Assembly: GCA_040954595.2 (NCBI GenBank)
Contig: CM082578.2
Coordinates: forward strand, 18,060,728 to 18,124,727
DNA from: Balanoglossus misakiensis
Taxonomy: Eukaryota > Animalia > Hemichordata
Length of the DNA stretch: 64,000 nucleotides
Reading direction: 5' to 3'
The notes beneath the pieces were generated by a model. That model ran no database searches. It saw nothing but the letters and a program-made list of their open reading frames with translations, and was not told where the DNA came from. Below are positions 24,101 to 36,300 of the stretch, piece after piece. The position numbers and the translations under genes are program-made. Position 1 is the stretch's first letter. Every line of letters starts with the position of its first letter.

Positions 24101-27100
24101 ACAGAAGTACTTTCCACTCTCTGAGTACTGATAGTGATTCTCTGTGATGCTCTTCTGATTGTAGAAATTCTCCAGCAAACTGTTGAGTAGCCGTCTGTCA
24201 TGTTCATCTGTCACTCGGCCACCATAATTGCATTCACCTATCAAGTATGTTAAGGCTTCTAAAGGAACCTCATCATAGTCATTGAGGAACATCTGAAACA
24301 CATGGGAGAAAAATATCATTGTTAGCTATTTGACTCTAATCCTCTGTGCATGAATGATCAAACTTTTGATCACCACAATCATTGTGCTCAATCAACATTA
24401 AAAGTTATAAATTTAGAAGTAGGTTATCAAATATTTTACCTGTTGTTGTCTGACACTAATCCTGAGATCGGATTCGTTGAATTCATAGTAAGTGTTCCAT
24501 CCGAGAGGACCAAACTTCCTGCGTTCTTGTACCAACGCATGGAAGAAACACAAACCAAACAGGAGTCTCTTCCAAGTCTACAGTGGGAAAAAAATAAACA
24601 ATGGGGAGAAAACTTATAAATTGTGATGCCAAACATATTTTATATGAATGTACATGTATATTTGATACAAACAACTATAACTGTTTTGTTGTTGTCCTTA
24701 CCTCAGGTTTGTTACATGCACTGAAGAAGGCTGGATCGGAGATGGGATCATTGAGATAGGACCTCAAGAGATTGGCTCGCAATCCTTTGGGTGGCTCATT
24801 GGTCATTTTCACTCCATTCTGCAACACGGATACGGGAAACTCCGGAGACGGATAACTGGTCAACCACAGCCGGAATGATGGCTTAGTTCTTTCCGGGTCC
24901 GTGATGACCTCCTCACAGATCTTCTCCAGTGTTGGTAGCCATGATGATGCTAAGTGACAGTTCTGCAGCACGACCCAGGTGCCTTGTTCGATTGCCTGTG
25001 TGCAAATTGAAAAGTTTATGAGAAATCGTGTAATTTATCAGGACACCCTGAAAATGCACTAGCAATTAACATAAACACTAACCTTGTCAATCATGGCTGC
25101 TGCAATAGGTCCCTGGCCTTGTCCAAGAGAGATTGTTTGTAATCCCGGACCCGCCATACCTAGAGAACGGTTGTGGTTGGGAAGTGAAAAGACACAAATA
25201 TCAGTGACATTTTCATTTACAACTCTGTGTTGCCTGATTGGCCACAGTATAACCTTGACACCCAACGAGAGACTTGACATTTTAACCTTACCACCAAAGT
25301 GACAGAATGAACAAGCAGTAACTCTGATAATGAAACTTTACAAACAGAATCCTGGTTACATGTACATCATAAAAAATCCAGATTTTAAAAATAATATGAA
25401 GTATGATTCTAAAAGTTTCACTGCTTCAGAGTGACTGTTGTTCATGTTGTTCACTTCAAAAGACAGAATTCGCTCATCACTCTTCTATTTATCAATTTAC
25501 AGAACACATCATGACAATTAAGAAAACTGTATCCTTTACACCCCTGGATATAGGTATAAGCAAAAAAAAAAGACATTACAATGACATTAATGTATCAACC
25601 AGGACCTAATCGTGGGTACTATACAATCCCCTAGGTCCTTTATCATCATGCATTACATTATTATTAATCCTGCAATATAAGAGAACACAGAAAGGCAGCA
25701 TGCAATTCAGTGCAAGCAATTGGCATGCAATGTTTGAAGTTTATTGAAGTGTCAGGGAAATTATCATTTATGCAGTCAGTATATGGCATCCAGTCACTTG
25801 TATGTGTTGTCATCTATATTTTTAGTTAAGAAAATGCTGGACAATGCTTGCATGGACGTCGATAAAAGGCAATAATGACTAAAGTCTGAATGGCGCATTA
25901 TATGCATGCATGTGTACTGGTACATGGATTTTTGTCCCTGTGTGCAGTTTATACTGTGGTGTGATTATACAACTATGGTCTGATGTGAAACATATGACTG
26001 TGCAGTTTAAGTGCAGTGCAAATGGGTTGAAGGACTTCACTATCAAAATGATACTATATTATACAATGCGATTAGATGTTACTAATATGACAAATGCTGT
26101 GAAAGTCTGCATGGCTGTGTTGAGGTAAATCTGATGTGCACAATGGTGATAAGAACATACTGCTGGGTGTGCGTTGCAGTGGACTTGGAAGCGGCTTGGG
26201 TTTGGGAGATTTCCATGCTGATGCAGTAGCAGTAGCAGCGGTAGTGGTGGTGGTGCTGTCACTCTCTCCGGTCACCATGGCAACAGTGGTGGTGTCGGTG
26301 GTGAGGGGGCTAGTGCTCTGTGCGACTGCATCGGGTGTGCGTTCTTCCTTCTCTGAGCCATCATCATGTGGCCCTGACTCGCCCTCGTCCATATCCTCTT
26401 GCTCGTCTTCCGTCAATGTGCTTCCTTCCTGATCTGATACATTTCTAAAAGTAACTCTAGAGCCCTTACGACTTTTGCGACTCTCGGCACTGCTTTTGCG
26501 CGAGTCAGTCTCACTGCCTTCGCTGCCTTTCTGAGAATCGGCATCGGTTTCACTTTGAGCGGTGCTTTCTGTGGGAGGAGAAGACTCCTCAGCCGGCGGG
26601 TCTGTAGAACCCTGTGCTTGCAGCGGCGGTGGTTGGGGCGGCTTGCTTTTACGCAGCTTATCAAAGCCTGAGCTATCAAGAGTGTTGTTTCTGGAGACAG
26701 GTTCTATAATCCCTGTGAAAGTTAGCAGAATTAGCAGCTGAATATGAGAATTGATAGAAGAGAAAAGTGAGATTACGGCGATGAGAGGAACTTGTCAAAG
26801 ATTCAGGAAATCAAGTCAGAGTAAAATCAGGAATCAGCACAAAGATGGAGAATTTATAAAGAATTATGATAATTCAAGATCATCACAAACTGAAAAAAGT
26901 TGACATGAAAATCAGGAGGGTTGCAGTCGGGGGGAGGTCTTCATTCGCTCTGCGTTACAGGAAGGACATGCAAAAAGTTAAGACAGCAAAAATCTAACAT
27001 GAGATGTCCATCAGGATTTGTAGAAGCTAGGTTCCTTTGATCTTATTTTGTTTTGTTTATTATGCCCATGAGCAGACAAAGAGTAAGCAGGTGTCCAATA

Positions 27101-30100
27101 AATTAATGTTGACTCTCTCTGGTGGAATCGAATGCAAAACTTAACACGATATAATGTCCAATATGGTGACATAAACATTCTCAAAAAAATGATACGAGAG
27201 GAACCATGCAGTACCTCTCATTGGATTTTGTTTCTAAAAGATCAAAAGGTTAACATGTTCACTGCACGTCAAAACTAAACTGACACTAGAAGACATACAC
27301 TGACCAATGACATAATTTTAATATGAAGGAAGTATACGAATGAACATGATTTTGGAACAGTTTCCTGTGTTTGGTATGCAAATTCTAGTGTCAGTTTGAA
27401 AACCTAAAATATGATACTCATTAACAACATCTACTGGTTTATAAACTCAACAAAAGATCTAGAAAGTGCAAGGGTGCAGTCTCACCCAAGGTTGGTAATT
27501 GTAAACCTGTCCAACAGTGCAAAAAAGTGCAAGATAGGGTAAAAACAGTTCTGTTATTAATGAGAAAATCAAATGCATGGATCAACCATTAGGACTTTTC
27601 TGTATGTTAAAATATTTCATGTTCCAGTATTTATCAAGATTTCATGTTATCATGAATGTTCATAAAACATGGTTGGAAAATATTTAAGAAATATTTATCT
27701 TAAAAATATATTAGTTTTCAATCTCTGTTTAACATATACAGTATGAGTTTTGATTGAACATTAATTATTATAACACCTACATAATTAACAGTAAATAATT
27801 TATTTGCTAGCCATAATGCTGTAATTTTCCCATAATCCCATGCTTACCTCTTTCTTCAGCAAATTTCAAAAGCACAGCCATTGGATCAGCACCAGGTGAT
27901 AATACGAATATCAGAGGTGATGCGAAGTTCGAGTCCTGGAAACTCCGCTGGAGGTCAAAGGTCGGTGGCTCAACATACGATGGCCCCATTTTCTTCACTA
28001 TGTAGTTTTGTACAGCTGGTGTGATCTGTGGACAAAATGGGAATAATTTGTTTGGGGGACAAAGGGTGACTTTGTCTTTTATAAGAAATCTAAAAATAGA
28101 TAGATCCAAAAATGAAATCATGAAGTATATCAAGAAAGTGATAACGCAGCTGTGACTTATCTTGGGGTAGCGAAAATTGAACAAACTTCGGAAAGATTTC
28201 GATTTTACCTTGTCTGGTCTGATAATTCTGAGTACTATGAGTTTTTGTATGTGATTTAACATGAGTTCCCAGGGTTCAGGAATCTTGTCAATGTGTGGTG
28301 TTGGCGAATCGTACAACTCTTTCCAATCTTCTATCTGCAGAGAAACAATCAAAGCATTATAGTATTATAACATACATGATTTTAACTGTGATATGAGACT
28401 TGCGAGATAGAAATATAAAAATTACTTGTCCTGATCTCTAAAGGAGTGATCTTCAATAAACATAAAATGTAGGGTTGTTTAGGATATCTTTTACTTACAT
28501 TATTCTGGAAGTCTTTCATAAAGCCATCAAATCTATCCAAATCTGATACTCTGACTACTTCCGACCAAGATTTCTCGGACAGCCATTCGCTGGCTGGATT
28601 GGGATATGGATTCTCAAGGGCGACACCCCCTGTTAAGAGGAACCTCCACTCTCTGTCGTCAATCAGACCCCTGTATGGGCAGTGAGAAATGATTAGCATT
28701 GTCAAGGGCACTGCAGGCTCGTTTTGAGTTATCAGTCAAATCCATGCATCATTACAACACTATGAAAAACCCTTTCACCGCCATGATTTGGTCTAAACTT
28801 ATTGTTTTCATGGGTAAAATTGGACCTCTATAGAAGGAAATGGGGGTGAAAGGGTTAAAACATTCACAAGGGTGACAACCCCATGTAATTATCAGTGATC
28901 CATTCATAGGGATTTCTGTAATACTTGAAAAAAATCAGGAAGACAACATAACAATTGTACGCACAGGAGATTTCCTGATTTGGTGATGATTCAAGATACT
29001 TGTATGTTGGAGAAGAACTTACTTAGATTTCTCAATACCAATGCACAACAGGAATGAAAACAACAGCTTGTCTTTTTCAAACAAAGACCTACAGACATTC
29101 TGATAGATGCTGTAAGTGAAGTGGTCATTCAAGTTGGTGATTCTCTCCTCCAAGTCAGAAGTTGGCTTGCTATCTGTGATGGACTGGATACAGAATTGGA
29201 CAATTAGAACATATGAGCATCTTGTGTTCACTGATGAGCAGTCATTGCATGTTAGAGTCAGTACAATCAATGTCCACTTAAAAACTGAGTCAATTTTGCC
29301 ACAACAAAAAATTACAGGATTTAGTAGCAGACAAAAAACATCAGATATATGAAATTATCATTTGGTGTGTGTTAATTATAATTAAATCAAGTGAAACAAC
29401 ACAAACTGACATGAAATAACCCTCCAATTTTTCATTCAACCAAAGAGTATACAATTAAAATTGAATTTCAACTTTGAGACATTTTGATACATGTTTGCTG
29501 TCATCCAAAATTATAGCACGGTGACCCCTAATTTTGATTCTCAATTTTAAGAGTGGATAACCTTAAGTTGCATCGAGCCAAATATGAGAGAAGTTTTAAG
29601 ACTTTGATTTTCGAGGCGCATTCTACCTTAATGGAGCAGGGACTACAACCTATACACTGCATGTGTGCATGCAGTTGGTTGACAGCCAGGGTATATACTG
29701 GTATGTAGGTATAATATACGCATGACTGGAAATTAAGTTATAACACCACCTGTGTGGCAGAACCTATACCAGTCCAAAAAAAGGTGGGAGAGATATACTG
29801 TAACACTGAGAGAGGAGTGAAAAACACAGCTCATGCAAAAAAACAGTGCACACAACAACAATGGTGATGTGTCCTTATTACAAAAGCTGGTGCAAATACC
29901 GTTCCTATGGTGTCTAAGAAGATTGAGTGGATGTAGTCGGTCAGTGCTGGATATTTGGGTTTAAAAGACTGGTGTATAAAAAAATGAAAACATCAAAGCA
30001 TTATGATGTGATTGCATGATGATCATTACAGCAGTGCTGCAGCACAGTACATTGCGTTGCATTTCAGAATACCATGTGAACAAACAAAGACACACTATTA

Positions 30101-30236
30101 CTACCACTCTATACAGCATTCTATCAATACAAAGAATAGAAAGGGACATTCAATTTGTAATAGTGCAATGGATGAAAATGACAACAAAAAAGATGATGTT
30201 GATGTGGAAAAATTATGTTGTTGTTGATGATGATGT

Positions 30237-30281
<45 letters not shown>

Positions 30282-30357
30282 CGATGATGATGACGATGAT
30301 GATGATGATGATGATGATGATGACGACGATGATGATGACGACGACGACGACGACGAC

Positions 30358-30392
<35 letters not shown>

Positions 30393-33300
30393 GTGCACTT
30401 AACTCTTAAGCAAAAAAGACATGCTCCATATTGGCTAATCAGTGCCATTAAAAGTTAAACACAATGTTAATGCACTGTAACCCATGCCCATTGACACAGA
30501 GTGGTCAGATCATTGCAGTTAATATATAGGATAACATTACACATCACATGCAATTATAATTTTTTTTTTGTCTTGTTCTAACAACTTACAGCAGCAGTGC
30601 CTTGGCCTGATTCATAGTCATCGGCATGCTTAGAATGTGCAGTATTTGGGCGATTATCAGATTGAGGCCTGGTGTCATGAATGGACTGCAAGCAGAGAAA
30701 AATGCATGAAAATGTGATGAAGAGTAGACAAAGACTTTGCATGGCGGCCAGGCACTTGAGATGATGTGCAGCAACCATGGCGACTGGTGCATTACCACGG
30801 CGACCAGTGAACTCAGCTGATTGTGTCGCGTGTGTGGGATGATGATCCCGGCTCATTACCATCATGGTAACTGAAATAGCAATAGTTTGTCATATGCTGC
30901 CAAATACACAACATGATGGACTGGATTGGATTGGCATGCGTGTGAAGATGCCAGATAGGCTAGCTGACAGTGAATGCGGAGTTGTTCATAAACCTCTGCT
31001 CTAACAATCGGCACAAGGAAGAGTCACCTTTGTAAAATTCAGTAAATCATCTTATCAGGTGTACTAAAAATTCAGAAGTATTTTGATGCAAGCATTATCA
31101 AAGAAATAAAAAAAATATTTGTAAATCAAGTATTCTTGTACAATACTGTAGCTGACAAACTGCAAGTGTCGTGATCATTTACGCATGAAAACTGACACAG
31201 GAATTGAAGGTCTGAATGTCACTCTTGTAACAATGTATGTGGTATGTCTGAGAGGATGATCATGGACAAAATATACATTATGAATATAAGACAGAAACAG
31301 AACATGCTGAGGAGGAAATATACGCAGAATGAGGTTACACATACAAGTCAAATCCCTTCACCCCTTTTCTTATGAATGGAACTATCCATCTACCTGCAGT
31401 ATCTGTATCATTCTAAAATTCAGAAGGGAAAGAGGTGAAGCGATCGACTCGGTAATAATAGATGAATTACAGTGAATCTCAAGAAAATTATCACTTTGAA
31501 GCTATGGGCCATTTTGAAATACCAGAAGAATTGATACATAATTACTCTGAGCTTAAACTAACACCATGTAGAAATGATACAAGCAGGTATTATCAAGATC
31601 TTAACATAACAACTAAAGTTGACCAAGGAGATGAAAGGAAGATGCATGGGACAAACAACCTTTTTACCATTACAGGTATATGGGATACACATTACAAAGG
31701 ATACACATTATGCTGTAGGGAATATGACTCAGAAATGTTTGTCAGCCACATTTACAATGAAATGAGTGTATTGAATGCAAGTGAAGGTTTGGATGTTCAC
31801 TCATTACCTGTAAATATAGGTTGATAAACCAGTTGAGTGAGTACTGGTACATTGGATCAATGTTAGCCAGATCTGATATGGTGAAAAACAGCAACGATGA
31901 ATGCTTGGCCACCTATCAAAAAAACAACAACAATAACTATTAATTTTTTTTTACAAATACGTCTAACTTCTCAGAGATCGCTGATTATAGATACAACAGA
32001 CATGTGACATTACCCTGAATTCAGACAACTGGAATTAACATGAGGAAAGACATTTTATTTCAAAAGGCCACATTTACCGGTTTATAGCCATTCCTGGTTT
32101 CGTCAATTTGTTTCTCTGTCGCCTGTGCTATTTCCTGCTTCTCAGAGATCTCTTTAGCCAACTGCTTGCTGGAGGACAATATCTGTATCGCACTCTCGTC
32201 CTCTAGAATGTTGCCTTGAGAAGATGATAAGACTTCCAGTATCTTGTCTTCGATTTCCTTCAGATGTTTCTTGTTCTTTGCACTCTCGATGATCAGTTCA
32301 TTCTTTTTCTCTTCCAGTTCTGGTTTTTCTTTGGCTGCTACTAACCCCAGCAGTTGATCTTCTAACCCGAGTGGGGTGATCATGAAGTTCAGCAATGTCA
32401 CCTGGAAATTTAAACCACAAGGCATATTAGATTTTTTGGGTTCACCTTTCAATACATTGAAAATTAATGAGTTAAAGGCCTTGCTCAACAGTGGGTCAAA
32501 TCATTTGTTTCCAATAAACAGTTACATGCTAACACAAAGGCTTTCTTGTTTGTCTTCATTGTACTGCCCTGGGATCAAGGAAAAAAGTCTTTAAGATTGG
32601 GTGTAGTACTCACTCACCTTGACAGAAACTTCTGGTAGATAGTGAGGATTTCGAAGTCGTGTTGTCATATAAAATTTGAAATCACGGCTGTATTCAATCA
32701 CGTTGTCTCCAAGTCGGATATAGTCCAACCCATTCTGTCAAAAGAGTCACATCAACACAGAATGTAATTATTGGTTTCTGTAGTTTAACCTCATTTTTCG
32801 ACAGACAGCACGTCAATGGTCCCACAGATTTTCAGTAAAATCAGTTGATATTTTCTCTCTGAGATAATTACATAAAAATAATGCCATGTTATGCCCAACA
32901 GGGATTTTCAATCTATAGAATATTTAATGTGGAATTAATGCCAAGAAATCATTTACAACAAAGTAATGTATATGAGGATATTCATCTGGTAATAAAACTT
33001 GAAATATTTTCTCCTGTCTTTTTCCTGTTGATAAGACTTCTATTATCAATTGTTACATCTTTATCACCACAAAAATTAGAAAACCAGCAAATTCACATTG
33101 GTATTAAGGAATATATATATATAACTTGGTTAGTTTATCACAAAAGGTTATAAATTTGACACCATCAAGAGGATTGAACTAGGGTAAACTCGCTGAAAGA
33201 TATTAAAATCGGTCAGCACACAGGGACAACCATGATGAAATCTACAGCACTCGAACACTGCAAGTTGGTTAACAGGAAGATGAAGAGGTGTGAACACTGA

Positions 33301-36300
33301 CTGTGCAGTCATTGACAGAGTCGTGAAGTGTTGATCAATAACTGTGACTATAAACACAGCTAGATGATTCGGTGAAGTTTTACCGTGAGTGTGTGATCAG
33401 TCTAATATACTGATGATATATGGTTGAATCAATTGGATTCAAACCCTGTGTGCTGTTTACACGTTGTGTCTTAGAACTAAAGATGCATGCACCACAAATT
33501 GACTTGTGCAGTTTATTCCATGAAGATGAGTGATTTACGACTTCCAGCAAATGCGGTGTTGAGATACAAAAAAATGTATGGTGTATACCGGTACATGTAA
33601 TGAGCATGCTGGCAGCAGTATCATGTGTGTGTGTATATATATATATATGCCACATTCGACAATCTATGAGGCACCTGGTGTATTTAAAACAGAATGTTGA
33701 CATCATGACGGACCACCACTCTACCCAGCAGTGCATGGCTATGCCTGTGAATGAGGCAAGGAGACCATCAAGCTCCACACACAACAACATTGTACATTAC
33801 ACAAGTGGTCATGGACAGTTACCCCCTGGACATTTACACACTGGGCACTGACATTACCCATATCCCTAGATGATGGAAGGGTACGTAGTAAATATCCAGG
33901 AGGTTCGCCATCCTGATATGGTGTAAAGAATACAGGTACATGCAGAGGTGATTTACTTCTAGGCAAGAAGTAACATCTCAGTGCTGAATGCTAACGAACA
34001 GAGACGGAAAATATGAGTTACATCATGATAAATGACTTGAAATGTATGATAATGACATGACATTTCCAAATGATTGAGCGATAATGTCACATGACAGGCA
34101 CAATTGGTTACATCGAGGTTGTACACTGGTGTGTGTATCTGTGTACTGTTGTTGCTGTTGTTGTTTTTACTCACAGAGAATATGCTATTGTCACCAGACG
34201 TTTGATCCTGAGAGCTATCATCGCTAGATGCTCCCTGGAATAAGATCTCTAATGTGTTAGGGTGTATCCAGTGAAATATAGACAGTATAGATGGTGATAA
34301 TGCATCTATCACACCTGTTGATTATGTCAGTACACTAACTCATTTTACATCAATTTTATCTTAGTACTAACAGTAAAACATGTTTTAAACTGGACACCAA
34401 AGGATTAAAGAAATTCTTTGGTTTGCAGAGGTGTGTCCGGTGTAGACAGGTTTCCAGATTAGACAGGCCAGGGTTCAGTTTAGACAGGTTTTACTGTTAA
34501 AAGAAATGTGTCAGTGATGAACAACAGATCAAGAGTGCAGTGTATACATATACCACAGTGTACACTGGCAAGTTCCTTTGGCACGTAAGAGTCTTTGGAC
34601 AAGGTCTGAACGACCTGACATGTACAGTGACCTTGACAAACAGTGTCCAGCAGATCAAAATCACCAGCATGCAGTGAGAAGTTGAATACATGGTCACAGC
34701 AGCCGTATTAACAGTAGACAAAGCTGTTCAGAAGCTGCAGACAAAACCACAAAATCCATGCAAATTATTTCCAATAAGGGCCTCTGAATGAGACAAAAAA
34801 ACGTACCTGTTTAAATGTTTGTTTCAGCAGAAGTGGTTCCAGGACAGCATCAAGCTCCTCACCAATATTCTCCATTAAACATGGCTGTCCAAACTGTAAC
34901 AAGAATATTAGTTGTATTGTTACCATGGCAATATTTCTAGGTCCATTACAGTCTACGTATAGTCATCACAATGCATCCTTGGAGGGCTCGACTGGTAAAT
35001 CTCTGCTTTACCTGTAGACAGTTTTCTAGAGTTCTTGTATAATTTGGATCCGACAGCTTGATGCATTGCAGTTTATTGGGTTTCTCCATATTTTTGATCC
35101 ACTTGTTAGCTTGTCCCTGTGGATCGATCATCAGTGGCCATCGATTGGCGTAGTTCACAATGATGGCGTTGTCGATGGAGAAACTATGAACAAAAAAGCA
35201 AGAACAAAAACAGAATGTTAAATTGAATGATATAAATAAAATGTACCAAATTGTTATAAGTGTTGTTTTACCACAGAAAGATTACAATGAACAGTGAATA
35301 TTTGACTTACTTGTCTACAGGTAGTCCAGCAAGAATCCAATCCCTGGTCTTCACGGGATCACCAAGGGTATTCACCAGTGAAAAATCACCAGACACCGGG
35401 ATCATTTTGTCTTGACACATGCCATACCATTGTTTGAGGCATTCCTGTGAAAGGAATATAGAATTCTCACTTTCATAAATTTGATCTTCCATGCATATAT
35501 AATACATAGCTGTGAAAAAATTCCAAGTCTCAGCATTTTCTTACATAAGTAGAGCAAGGGTTAGCATCTCTACTGAGTTCCCTATTGTCACCCAGTTCCA
35601 GCATTTCTATCCTGTTTCCTTTGATTTTCTGTCCTTTGTTTGCGGGGTTAATTCACTCTCTGTCCCAAATGAAGAGATAGCTAGCACAGTATTATGGAAA
35701 CAAGAATCCTTAAGTCTTACCTGTCTGAATGACAATGTGAATGCCCCTAAGTAAGCAACAATGGCAGACGATAGCAGCACATCACCAACTATGTTGTTAT
35801 AAGTATCCGTCAATTCTTCAGTTAACTGGTGGTAAAAAAGTGTGGAAATTTAAAAATTCTGTTACCTGTTATTCCTTCCACTTTCTTCACTTGAATTTGA
35901 TGAGTTCAGAAGATTCCAAAGTGTAGTCTGTTGTTTCTGAAGTCAACTCACCTATTACTGTCACAGTGTTATAATTACATCATTTTCATAAATGTTGGTA
36001 TTCTCATAAAGAGAAGGTGCAACCTGAATTTAACTGTTTACTCCATACTTTACACACACATTCTGACAAAACAGTGACTGTACCTGTATCCATCTCTCCC
36101 GTTCACCACCAAGGCCGGCTATAAGTTTTTCTGCTCGGATTAATTTCAGGCGGGTCATCTCTATTTGATCTTCCAAGTTCTGCAGACAGAAACACAGACA
36201 GCAATTAATAGTTACAATGTATGATCAATGCTACTGGTAATTTCAATATCCATGTGCTGTTTCTGGTTATATTGTTATAATCATACATACGTGTACATCT

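Noticed and set aside
26413-26679. 88-aa basic ORF as a nested gene
   Set aside because: Alternative frame of the 552-nt cassette exon; no true ATG start.
26777-27233. 19-nt (27215-27233) plus 14-nt (26777-26790) exon pair restoring frame
   Set aside because: Neither is symmetric; it needs a weak AAG acceptor and a 64-nt intron, so too speculative.
30016-30448. Poly-D, poly-H, poly-S and poly-M ORFs
   Set aside because: Translations of the (GAT)n microsatellite.
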